From Octopus sinensis (lineage: Eukaryota), in contig NC_042998.1 of assembly GCF_006345805.1 (NCBI RefSeq), forward strand, positions 23,932,001 to 23,996,000: a DNA stretch of 64,000 bases. Direction: 5' to 3'. This document shows positions 52,746 through 64,000 of this stretch, piece after piece. Every line of letters begins with the position of its first letter. The stretch's first letter is position 1. Both the position numbers and the translations under genes were made by a program. Below the pieces are notes generated by a model. That model saw only the letters and a list, made by a program, of their open reading frames with translations, did not search any database and was not told where the DNA came from.

Positions 52746-53445
52746 ATAAAATCCGTTCTGTGTGTGTCTTCTAGGATCTTAGGCATCCTCAATCCGATTG
52801 CGCTCAAATTTGATATGTAGATACCAACGGTATCAGGGCGTGTATAAGTCTTGAAAAAAAATTACAAAAATCGATTCTAGGTGAGAATGCGATCGATAAA
52901 GCCGTGGAACGTGCATTTGTACCTGCAAGTACATCAGCTGTTACGATGTACTTACTGGTACTTCAAACTCTTCGGTTGCATATTTGTGTTAATAAAATCA
53001 TTTTTCTTTGGAACAGAAAAATGTCTATCTTTATTTCTTCTTTTGCTGGTGTCTCAAATTTATGTTAAATCAGTGTTTCTCAAAGGGGAGGCCTATGGGA
53101 CGGTCGGACAAGTTGTTTTGAGAAAATTTGGTTTAAATGTTTCTCAAAACAACTTGTCCGACCGTCTAATAGGCCTCCACTTTGAGAAACACTGATTTAA
53201 CTTAAATTTGAGACACCAGCAAAAGAAGAAATAATGAGAGACTTTTTTTCTATTCCAAAGAAAAACGATTTCCCACGGCTTTATCGATCGCATTCTCATC
53301 TGGAATCGATTTTGTAATTTTTTCACGACTTATACACGCTCTGATACCGTCGGTATGTACATATCAAATTTGAGCGCAATCGGATGGAGGATGCCCGAGA
53401 TCCTAGAAAACAGACAGACAGACAGAACGGAATTTATATAAGAGA
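52746..53445. repeat. 700-bp foldback built from two Helitron-like 5' halves
   Basis: Arms meet at a 14-nt loop (53126-53139); right outer end reads A|TCTCTTATATAAATTCCGTTCTGTCTGTC on the minus strand. Confidence 0.85.
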
Positions 53446-53495
53446 TAATATAATATATATATATTATACTTTTGAACAAACAGTAAGTTGTCATT

Positions 53496-53554
53496 ATAGT
53501 ACTCGGGGTTTCGAATGTCGGAACGAAGAGCTACGATGCATTCTCGTCGGCTAT
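53496..53554 (-). ncRNA. Hammerhead motif, CCGACGA core, left arm
   Basis: Minus: ATAG CCGACGA GAATG [21 nt] CATTC GAAA CCCCGAG TA CTAT. Confidence 0.7.
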
Positions 53555-53890
53555 TAATGGCAATAGACGCTATGAAAAACTGTTGAATAAAAGGGAAGTT
53601 ACTCTAATAAGTAGAATAAGAGAAAAAAAAGATAAAAAAATACACGCAACCATATTCTCACAATACATAGACATAAACCTCCTGCGTTCATAGCGTCTAC
53701 ATACGTACATACTCACGCAAACATGTATACCGACATGCACATACACACACAAGCATATGTGTGAATATACGTACTCATACATACGCACATATCCACACAC
53801 ACACGTGTATTTATTATCTCTTTTCTTTTTCTACCTATTAGAGTAACTTCCCTCTTATTCAATGGTTTTTCATAGCGTCTATTGCCATTA

Positions 53891-53950
53891 ATAACTGACG
53901 AGAATGCCATCGTTGCTCTTCGCTCCGTAATTTGAAACTCCGAGTACTAT
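53891..53950 (+). ncRNA. Hammerhead motif, CUGACGA core, right arm
   Basis: ATAA CTGACGA GAAT ... ATTT GAAA CTCCGAG TA CTAT; A.C mismatch at the first stem I pair. Confidence 0.65.
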
Positions 53951-54026
53951 AATGACAACTTACTGATTGTCCTAAACTATAAATATAAACAATCCTCTAT
54001 CTAATATTTATTATTATAATAATTTC

Positions 54027-54083
<57 letters not shown>

Positions 54084-54149
54084 AGATAATATATATATAA
54101 GTATATATGTACAACACACACACATATGCGTTTGCCTTCTGATCCTATA

Positions 54150-54595
54150 TCCTGCTCCACCATTCACCACCCATCTTATACTTTGCTTCATCCCCTCCAA
54201 CCACATTGTCCGCACTTCCCGTATCCCCATCACATATTTTTTCCTCAAGATCCATAATCCTCCAAAACCCCCATCGTCTCTGCTTGCAACTTCCACACCA
54301 AACTCATTTCCGCCTACCTCGATTCTCTTCCTCCCACCCTTGGTTGTTGCTTTTCCCTGCCACATCCATGACCACCAACGATGGTCACTGCTTTTTCCAC
54401 TTTTTGTCTTCTCAACCACTTTTCCTCTTTCACACTCCTTTACTTTTTAACACTATTCTGATGAAGGATTAACGTCCGAAACGTTAAGACTTTTCTTTTC
54501 CTTTATAAGCGTAGAACTAATACAATAATACAATATTTGTTAAAACCTGTGCATCTTGCGTGTTTTTTTTCATTTCGTTTTTATTCGTTACCTTC
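54150..54595 (+). mobile_element. PLE 3' relic with hammerhead at 54454-54489
   Basis: TATT CTGATGA A GGA ttaacg TCC GAAA CGT T AAGA; upstream TKLISAYLDSLPP..CFS is weakly like a PLE C-terminus; downstream flank related to 44871 and 47728. Confidence 0.6.
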
Positions 54596-55254
54596 ACAAT
54601 TTCTCTCCGAGTATGTATGTATGTATGTATGTATGTATGTATCTATCTATCTATCTATCAATCTATCTATCTGTCTATAAACGCGCGTGCACACACACAA
54701 GGATAGAATGAGATATGCATAAATATACATATTTGTATTCATTTGATATTACTACGTACGTTATGTATAACATATTTTGCATGGATGCATGCATACATAT
54801 TTGTTCATTGATTATTGTGTATACACAATCATACAAGGCATACAAACACGCGTACAGATATATATGTGCACACACAAACTCGTTCCACTCACACACACAT
54901 GCATAACGCATATATATATATATATATAGACGCCTATTTACATATATGCGACGCATAGTCGTACTTGAGAGAGAAAGTGTGTGTGTGTCTGTGTGTATGT
55001 GTATTCACTGAAGTGGAGTCGTTGCTAATATAACAATGAACTCTGTTTTTCAGATGATCGATCGCTGCGGCTTGAATCGGATTACATGTTTATTTATATT
55101 TAACTCTTCATTCAAAAAAACGTTGGCAGCACAAAAAAAATACATTTCAAAACGACAAACAGTTCGAATGCCTGAACTTGGTCTGTTGACCTACGAGAAA
55201 CAACAGCCAAATCTCTCTCAAACTTTTGCCTACTGTCTTAAAATGTCAGTGGAT

Positions 55255-55625
55255 CACGCCGGGCGAAATGCTTAACCGTATTTCGTCTGTTTTTACGTTC
55301 TGAGTTCAAATTCCGTCGAGGTCGACTTTGCCTTTCGTCCATTCAGGGTCGATTAAATAAGTACCATTTACGCAATGGGGTCAATATAATCAACTTAATC
55401 CGTTTGTCTGTCTTTGTTTGTCCCCTCTGTGTGTAGCCCCTTGTGGACAGTAAAGAAATAGGTATTTCATCTGTCTTTATGTTCTAAGTTCAAATTCCGT
55501 CGAGGTCGACTTTGCTTTTCATCCTTTCGGCGTTGATAAATTAAGTACCAGTTGCGTACTGGGGTCGATCTAATCGACTGGCCCCTTCCCCAAAATTTCG
55601 GGCCTTGTGCCTAGGGTAGAAAAGA
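55255..55625 (+). mobile_element. SINE-B, dimeric
   Basis: Same dimer layout as 31209-31610. Confidence 0.9.
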
Positions 55626-56340
55626 AAAGAAAAGAATATAATCATTTACGATCAGTAAAGCATGACCATATTGGGTACTGGCCAATATGAAGATGGTTCT
55701 GTATATACTCCTAAATAAACAGGATCGTCACGGGTGGAAAACATTTGATCATTGGTTTACTGGATCAGGGTTGAACTAGGGCTGCCGCCACCCCATGTGC
55801 GCATGCACTCTCTCACACACACACTTGCGGCATGCGGGTCTACGTCAGGCATAACAACACGGATACACACACAATACACAGTCTCCCATTTCACTGATTC
55901 CCACGTATTTTGGAAACAACTGATGATTCCAGGCGTGGGCCCTCAGGACGGTTGCCCGAGGGTCTCACGGATCTAGGAGCAATGCTGTTTTAAGGCATGT
56001 GCACACTGGGTATTGGACCGGGTGTGGGGGCCCAATTCTGATCTATGTACGCAATGGCTTGCTGTCAGTAAATCCTAGAGGGCCTAGTGCGTTAATTTAC
56101 CCAGGGACCTCAAATCCTAAGACGGACCTGTTCAGAGGCCCAGTTCTGCTCTGTCACTAAATAAACTGTATAGACCCCAGTGCATTCATTTGCCTACAAT
56201 GCAGCTAAAACGGCCCTGGATAAATCATTCGGTTGCAACTCGGAATTCCTTGTCATCAGGATTTAAAGAATACTTTCAAATAAATCACGATTAATAATCG
56301 TTTTTGATTAGTCTTTGTCTCGTTATAAACAAAGCATTTA

Positions 56341-56647
56341 CCATCGTGATCACCGTGACCGACCAGGCTATCAGATGTTGCTACATATCGCTGGTCACAA
56401 TGCGCTTCGCATTGTTTCACCCTTCAAATGACGCCACTCCGCTGGCTAAGTGAGCAGGCCAACAAAAGAAAGAGTGAGAGAATGTTGTGGCGAAAGAGTA
56501 CAGCAGGGATCACACCCCCCTGCCGGAGTCTCGTGGAGCTTTTAGGTGTTTTCGCTCAATAAACACTCACAACGCCCGGTCTGGGAATCGAAACCGCGAT
56601 CCTACGACTGCGAGTCCGCTGCCCTAACCACTGGGCCATTGCGCCTT
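56341..56647 (-). mobile_element. tRNA-derived SINE family E
   Basis: Minus head GGCGCAATGGCCCAGTGGTTAGGGCAGCGGACTCGCAGTC...GGTTTCGATTCCC followed by a non-tRNA body; acceptor stem not closed. Confidence 0.75.
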
Positions 56648-56705
56648 CACTTTATACGGACGCACGCATTTATACAACGATTTATTCAGCCCACTCATAC
56701 ACACC

Positions 56706-57010
56706 TTTTATCTTTTACTTGTTTCAGTCATTAGACTGCGGCCATGCTGGGGCATCACCTCAAAGAATTTTTTAGTCGATCAATCGACCCCATACGTATG
56801 TGTTTTTGTGTCTGTGATTGTCCTCCCACTATCGCTTGATAATCGATGTTGGTGCGTTTATGTCCCCGTAACTTAGCGGTTCGGCATAAAGAGAACGACA
56901 AAATAAGTACTAGGCTTACAAAAGAATAAGCCCTGGGGTCGAATTGTTCCACTAAAGGCGGTACTCCAGCATGGCCGCAGTCAAATGACTGAAACAAGTA
57001 AAAGAATAAA
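56706..57010. mobile_element. Inverted SINE-A tail halves
   Basis: Minus tail end 56706-56760; plus tail half 56800-57010. Confidence 0.8.
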
Positions 57011-57202
57011 ATATACATTTGCATACATGCACACACTCCCACACATATATTTATACACACACACACACACACGATTAAAATAGACCAGTGTGCAATGTTT
57101 TACCAAACAGGAAAACTATAGTTGTCGTTAAATGTGACTGGAGTGTTAGAAATATCTACATTAGTATATATCTATACAATATGTTACATTACTCGGTAGT
57201 CA

Positions 57203-57265
57203 AGATAAAACTCTGAGTTTCAGATGCCGAAGTGGAAATCCACAACACCATCTCTTCGGTTATCT
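57203..57265 (-). ncRNA. Hammerhead motif, CCGAAGA core, left arm
   Basis: Exact reverse complement of 57337-57399. Confidence 0.7.
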
Positions 57266-57336
57266 GGCTATTTGAAAACTGGTTATCTGGCTATTTGAAG
57301 GGTTTTCTGGCGATATTAAAGGGTTTTCAAATAGCC

Positions 57337-57399
57337 AGATAACCGAAGAGATGGTGTTGTGGATTTCCACTTCGGCATCTGAAACTCAGAGTTTTATCT
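57337..57399 (+). ncRNA. Hammerhead motif, CCGAAGA core, right arm
   Basis: AGATAA CCGAAGA GATG [22 nt] CATC T GAAA CTCAGAG T T TTATCT: 6-bp stem I, ACTC-A-GAGT stem III. Confidence 0.7.
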
Positions 57400-57509
57400 T
57401 GACTACCGAGTATGTAACATATTGATAGATAAATTTCCTCTATTTACATAATATTGAGGTCTCTCTTTCTTTCTTTTGTTATCTTAAACCGTTTTTATCA
57501 ATACATTAG

Positions 57510-57541
<32 letters not shown>

Positions 57542-57611
57542 ATATATTATATATTATAATATATATTATATACCGGAGTAAACACATAAATGTGAAACAA
57601 GGTGGAATAAA

Positions 57612-57643
57612 GTCCGACGACCGAACGTGAAACTCCGAGTAAC
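57612..57643 (+). ncRNA. Degenerate hammerhead motif, CCGACGA core
   Basis: GT CCGACGA ccgaacgt GAAA CTCCGAG TA AC; stems I and II eroded. Confidence 0.5.
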
Positions 57644-57722
57644 AGGTTTTTTTGAATTTCTGCTGCTTTTAAATAAAGTATTATATATATATTATATATA
57701 ATATATAATATAATATATATAT

Positions 57723-58135
57723 GAGGTGCAGGAGTGGTTGGCTGTGTGGCAAGTGGCTTGCTTACCAACCACATGGTCCCGGGTTCAGTCCCACTGAGTG
57801 GCACCTTGGGCAAGTGTCTTTTACTATAGCTTCGAGCCGACCAAAGCCTTATGAATGAATTTGGTAGACGGAAACTGAAAGAAGCTCGTCGTATGAATGT
57901 ATATATATGTATGTATTTGTGTGTGTTTGTGTGTCTGTATTTGTCCCCCCACCATCGCTTGACAACCGATGGTGACGTGCTACGTCCGCGTAACTAGCGG
58001 TTTGGCAAAAGAGACCGATAGAAAAAGTACTAGGCTTACAAAGAATAAGTCCTGGGGTCGATTTGTTCCACTAAAGGCCGTGCTCCAGCATGGCCGCAGT
58101 CAAATGACTGAAACAAGTAAAAGAGTAAAAGAGTA
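57723..58135 (+). mobile_element. SINE-A
   Basis: Same consensus. Confidence 0.9.
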
Positions 58136-58266
58136 TATGTATATATATATATATATATGATTATATACACACACACACACACATATATGATTATAGATAC
58201 ATTTGCGTAAATATAGAAGTGCTTTTTCTCTCAAGCATGTTTTATTAAAAACATGACTACCAAAAA

Positions 58267-58669
58267 TCTTTATATATAAAAGTAAGGTTGTGTGCTGTCT
58301 GTCTCCTACGATTTAGATTCCTAATTACTCCCACATTTTGCGGTGCAGTTTAACCAAAACCGGGTATCTTATAGTCGTGATTCATATCGAGCCCTTCTGG
58401 GTATTAGCGCGCGTCTACGATGAGTCCACGATTTAAAAAAAAATTTACCATCATTTTTTTCCATTTTAATGCATTTTTTTTGCTATTATATAAGGGAAGT
58501 AACTCTCTAAAAATGTCTATGATGAGTCAACAATTTAAAAAAAAATTTACCATAATTTTTTTTCCCATTTTTAATGCATTTTTTTGCTATTTTTTGGCTA
58601 TAACTCTCTAAAAATGCTTATATAGTTATTTCCCTTACAAACCCGAGCAACGCCGGGCGATACTGCTAG
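58267..58669 (+). mobile_element. Non-autonomous Helitron with an internal 100-bp tandem duplication
   Basis: A|TCTTTATATA start; CCCGAGCAACGCCGGGCGATACTGCTAG|T end. Confidence 0.88.
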
Positions 58670-59494
58670 TGCTTAATAGAATCAAAGTTGAACGCAGTCG
58701 AGCTTCACACACGCAAACACTACAAACAAACACACCACAAACACACGCACACACAGAGTCATACACTCATGGACTATTTCCGCGACGGATAATCATTTGT
58801 TAACATAAATATAGGTTCATCCAAATGTATTATTAGCAAGAAATCTGAGGGCGTTACTTGACAAAGTGTTATTTATTTATTTACTTTTTTAGGAAGAAGC
58901 AGGAGGCGCAGGCGCGCGCGTACGTGCGTGTGTTATGTTTGCTGAAGCAGTTCTCACGGAGTATTTGTTGATGTGTGGAGGCATGGATGCTGCAACACAG
59001 GTGTACAAGTCCGTCAGTATCAGACTAGCAGCCGTCAATTTGCTTTTGAATAGATGATTGTGTTTGTGTGTGTGTGTATGTGTGCATGTATGCATATATA
59101 TGCACATATACATATATGAATGCACACATATATATATATGTTTGTATATACATATGTATGTATGCATATATGTATGTATGTATATATATATATATATATA
59201 ATATATATGTACGTATGTGTATGTATGTGTATATGTATGTGTGTGTATATATGTGTGTATGTGTGCGTATATATATACCTGCTTACATAATTTGTGTATA
59301 TGTACGTGTATATATATATATATATATACACGTTTGATGTAGGATAAAATACTTTTTTCAAAAAATTTCATCATTGGCCAGCATATTAAAATACCTTTTA
59401 AGAGGGGAAAAAAATCTTTAAATGTATACACACATATTTGTATGTGTGTATATACATTTATATATATAAATACGCGTGCTTGTATATTTTTTTC

Positions 59495-59640
59495 TACTCT
59501 AGGCACAAAGCCCGAAATTCTGTGGGAGGGGGCTAGTCGATTAGATCGACACCAGTACGCAACTGGTACTTAATTTATGGACCCCGAAAGGATGAAAGGC
59601 AAAGTCGACCTCGGCGGAATTTGAACTCAGAACGTAAAGT
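59495..59640 (-). mobile_element. 5'-truncated SINE-B with tail 2
   Basis: Same consensus, reverse. Confidence 0.85.
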
Positions 59641-60027
59641 CGCGCGCTCGTATATTGAATGTATACATAGTACTACCCTGGCCAAACCAACTACGGAAAA
59701 AGGGCTGTGGAAATGGAAATAAAAATCACATCAGTGGCATTGCTCAGGCATGGCCATAGCCTGTCTCGATCAGATTAAAGCTAAAACACACACACATACA
59801 TAATGCACATACGCATACATATACCTCTTCGTACATGACAGTGTGATGAGTATGAGAGCATAGATATTTGATATTGTGTAACATGCATCGTATAATGTAC
59901 ACACACGTACGCGTGTCTGTGTGCGCGTTTCTGTGTCTATCGCATTTTGTATTTTTCTAAGAATAAAAATATAGTTTTTCTAAAATTCATACCGTTTTAA
60001 TGTAAATATAAATTTATGCACACTCGT

Positions 60028-60139
<112 letters not shown>

Positions 60140-60297
60140 GTGTGTGTGTGTGTGTATTAGAAGGTTTGGAGATGATGTATGTATATCTAGGAGTACATAA
60201 TTTCATGCGCCTCCCTTTTACTTTTCATTTTTTGTTTGTTTTCGTAAACATAGATAAAAGCATTATGTATATATATGTGTGTGTGTATAAACTATAC

Positions 60298-60357
<60 letters not shown>

Positions 60358-60637
60358 TGTACATATATATATGTGTATGTTTTTGTATGTGTGTGTGTAT
60401 GTATACATATATGAGTGTGTGGTGTGTATCTATGTATATAATGTTATGTGTGTGTGTATCTATGTATATAATGTTTGTGTGTATGTGTGAGTGTAACGAT
60501 GGTTTGACAAGCCGAAACTTCGAAGTCACTATCAATAATATTTTTGTCTAAGAATAATAAATTTGATACTGTACAAGAGTATCTGATTAATAAGAAATTG
60601 CTTGTATTTTTTTTTACTACACATAAAAACAAAATTA

Positions 60638-61045
60638 GCAGGAGTGGCTGTGTGGTAAGTAGCTTGCTAACCAACCACATGTTTCCGGGTTCAGTCCCAC
60701 TGCGTGGCACCTTGGGCAAGTGTCTTCTCCTATAGCCTCGGGCCGACCAAAGCCTTGTGAGTGAATTTGGTAGACGGAAACTGAAAAGAAGCCCGTCGTA
60801 TATATGTATATATATATGTGTGTGCGTGTATGTTTGTGTATCTGTGTTTGTCCCCCTAGCATTGATTGACAACCGATGCTGGTGTATTTACGTCCCCGTT
60901 ACTTAGCGGTTCGGCAAAAAGAGACCGATAGAATAAGTACTGGGCTTACAAAAAGAATAAGTCCCGGGGTCGAGTTGCTCGATTAAAGGCGGTGCTCCAG
61001 CATGGCCACAGTCAAATGACTGAAACAAGTAAAAGAGTAAAGAGT
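60638..61045 (+). mobile_element. SINE-A, near consensus
   Basis: Same consensus. Confidence 0.92.
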
Positions 61046-61088
61046 AAGAGTATATATGTATGTCTGTGTATATGTATGTATTGTGCAC

Positions 61089-61131
<43 letters not shown>

Positions 61132-62037
61132 CGTGTGTGTGTGTGTTGTGTGTGTGTGTGGTGTGTGTATGTGTGTGTGTGTACGTTTTGAAATTCCAAG
61201 TCTGTATGCACACACATTCACACACCCTCTCTTTTTTTTTTCCTCTCATGTGTATCAAAATTAGTTTTAGTTGGAAGCTGCTAATCCCGACCCGTGTCTA
61301 AGAAAATATGTTCGATTCTCAATCAAATTGTTTTTCACTTGTCGCTTCCTTGTCGCTCTGGCAACCAGATGTACTCAGTAAACCCTGGGTGTGTGTGGGG
61401 TAGGTGGGTGGGTGGCTGGAAGGAATAATTTCCTTGCTTCACACGAAGACAAAAACCTGCGGCAGCGGTCGGTCTTCCAGTGAATCATCCACTGCCTACA
61501 GGACGTTCTACACGAATGAACGAACATACGTATAAACATACATGCGCGCAACACGCTTCACCGTATACAGGAATTTTTACAAGCCGCATGGCCTGCTAGT
61601 AAGTGCAGCTAAAATCTCCCTCAAATCACACACCCTAATGCTTTTATTTATATCTTTACGAAAAAAAAATTAGAAAAGTAATAGGGAGGCGTATGAATTT
61701 ATGTACTCCTAGATATACTTACGTCTAAATTATAAGAAAAGAAACATTCAGCCTTGTCATTTTGATCATTGGTCCTTCAGCTGGATCAGCCCTGACCCAT
61801 GGTTAAACAGCAACAGGCGGTTGTACACAAAGAAGAACGTCAGATGAATCTTTTTTGAGCTGGTGCATGACCAGAGACATTCTAACCGTGAACATCCCGT
61901 CTCTTTCTTATATATATATTTGGCCACACTGGCTACGTAATTCGTTAAAGGTAGTAGAACGTGATTTGTGAGTGATTCGGTTGCTATTTCTTGCAGAGGT
62001 TCTGTCTGTCTCCCCTTCTCTCTCCCTTCCGTCATCT

Positions 62038-62090
<53 letters not shown>

Positions 62091-62258
62091 CTTCGTCGGA
62101 TAAATGTAAATAATAACTATGGTAGTGATTGTGAAAGTTTATGAATGAAATGCAATGAGGGGGAAATGAGGATGAAACGAAGGAAGACAGATGAAATTTA
62201 TGAAAGGAAGAATAATAAGAATAATAATTTCTTCATTTTGGTACAAAGCAGCATCGAA

Positions 62259-62305
<47 letters not shown>

Positions 62306-62419
62306 TAGTAGTCTTTCCTTTATTATTGGTATATTCAGGACCATGTCATTCATGTAATAAAACGGAATTGGATAAAACCATTGTACGAAACACATACACA
62401 CATTAAAAATAAGCTGCAA

Positions 62420-62466
<47 letters not shown>

Positions 62467-62505
62467 ATATGTGTGTGCATGTAAACCCTAACCCTACTTA
62501 TATAT

Positions 62506-62562
<57 letters not shown>

Positions 62563-62714
62563 GATAGATAGATAGATAGATATGAATTACCGGCGAAGGC
62601 CGTTTATAGGGCTACTCTTGCTTTCTAACCCTATAAACCGGCTTTCACTAGTAATAAATATAGACTGCTCCATTTCTTAGAGTGCTTCTCTGGATTTATG
62701 TTTTTCTATAAAAA

Positions 62715-62754
<40 letters not shown>

Positions 62755-62770
62755 AATATACATGAATACA

Positions 62771-62802
<32 letters not shown>

Positions 62803-63732
62803 CACACACGATGTTGTTGCTATTCCTGTTTACAAAAATGAATGAAAGAAATTATCAATATTATTATTACGAGATGATGATGATGATGATGTCGTCGTTG
62901 CCGGTTTATAATTTATTTTTGTTAAAATCGGAAGAATGAAATAAAAGTGCAAATCGTCTCGGGTTTTTGGAATCGAAACTTATTTCAGTTTAAAAAAAAA
63001 CCCCAAAAAAACAACAAAAATTGAAAAATCTATTTATGCTTTGATTTAATTTATTTTTTCATTAAATTATTCAGAGATGTTAACGAGGATCATGAAATAA
63101 AAAAAAATAATTTAAATTTAAATTGCAGAAACAAATAATAAAGAAAAAAGGAGATGAAAAAAAAAACAAACAAACAAACAAAAAGCGCAAAATTGAAATG
63201 AAGAAAAAAGAAAGGAAATAAAGGAAAAAAGACAAAAAAAAACCCCCCGAAAAAAAAATGGAAGTCTAAAGATAAAAATAAATAAAAGAAAATGAAGGAA
63301 AAATAAGAGATGATGATAATGGTGGTTGTGGTGATGATGATGTTGGTAGCAGTGATGATGATGATGTTGTTTTAGCCTCAAGTCATCATTCTTGAACCAA
63401 CAGTTTTATAATCAAAGGTTTTCTACCGTCACAAACCCCCATGTATTTTTGTTTTTGTTTTTGTTGTATAAGAAGGGCTGGTTTTACATTTGTCACCTTC
63501 TTCCTTCCTGCCTTTCTTTCTTTCATCCCCTCTGCCTTTTTTCTTTGATTTTTTTTTTCCTTTTCTTTGATTTTTTTTTTTTTTTTGTTCTCACGCTCGA
63601 GAAGATGATGGGCGATGATTTTCGTGGAAATTCGGCTGCATTTTTTTTTTTCGTAGGTTGATTGAACAAAGCGAAACGACTGCACTGCACTAGACGCCGC
63701 TTAAATGTGATGAAAGATAAGTAAAATGATGG

Positions 63733-63985
63733 AAGAAGAAGAAGAAGAAGAAGAAGAAGAAGAAGAAGAAGAAGAAGAAGAAGAAGAAGAAAAAGAAAAA
63801 GAAAAAGAAGACGAAGAAGAAGAAGAAGAAGAAGAAGAAAAGAAGAAGAAGAAGAAGAAAAAGAAGAAGAAGATGAAAAAGAAGAAGAAGATGAAAAAGA
63901 AGAAGAAGAAGAAGAAGAAGAAGAAGAAGAAGAAGAAGAAGAAGAAGAAGAGAAGAAGAGAAGAAGAAGAAGAAGAAGAAGAAGA
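63733..63985. repeat. (GAA)n microsatellite
   Basis: Direct reading. Confidence 0.97.
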
Positions 63986-64000
63986 CGGCGGTGGTCAGAA

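Noticed and set aside
55719-56218. Possible hAT MITE with CAGGGCCG-like ends
   Set aside because: Ends too degenerate and no 8-bp target duplication found.
56223-56263. Minus-strand AATC CTGATGA ... GCAACCGAAT GATT
   Set aside because: GAAA and the cleavage triplet are missing; about four changes are needed to make a hammerhead.
56575-56647. Possible tRNA gene on the minus strand
   Set aside because: Acceptor stem not closed and it runs into a SINE body; SINE-A and SINE-B heads were rejected as tRNAs for the same reason.
62484-62496. AACCCTAACCCT telomere-like motif
   Set aside because: Only two units.

Overview
AT-rich eukaryotic DNA made almost entirely of repeats. The repeat families look like those of Octopus; this is my recognition and has not been searched against a database. 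I found no convincing host protein-coding gene, so the window is probably intronic or intergenic. Most ORFs in the track are microsatellite artefacts, and the real coding traces are transposon relics. Retroelements: about 22 copies of a tRNA/CORE-type SINE (SINE-A), about 10 of a second tRNA SINE (SINE-B), and fragments of RTE, CR1, probably Tx1 and Penelope-like (PLE) elements. DNA transposons: mariner D34D, maT/rosa-type, Tigger and a shattered hAT (Buster type) relic, plus three complete non-autonomous Helitrons. The window also has long microsatellites and a 100-N gap next to a probably artefactual 1.2 kb duplication. The most interesting signal is a set of 13 minimal type I hammerhead-ribozyme motifs from several unrelated PLE-like families. 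Six of them sit as three back-to-back inverted pairs, and two non-canonical catalytic cores (CCGANGA, CUGUNGA) recur. Many large foldbacks and a hairpin-module array in the RTE 3' UTR are also present. Coordinates were read by eye; ends of degenerate repeats are approximate.
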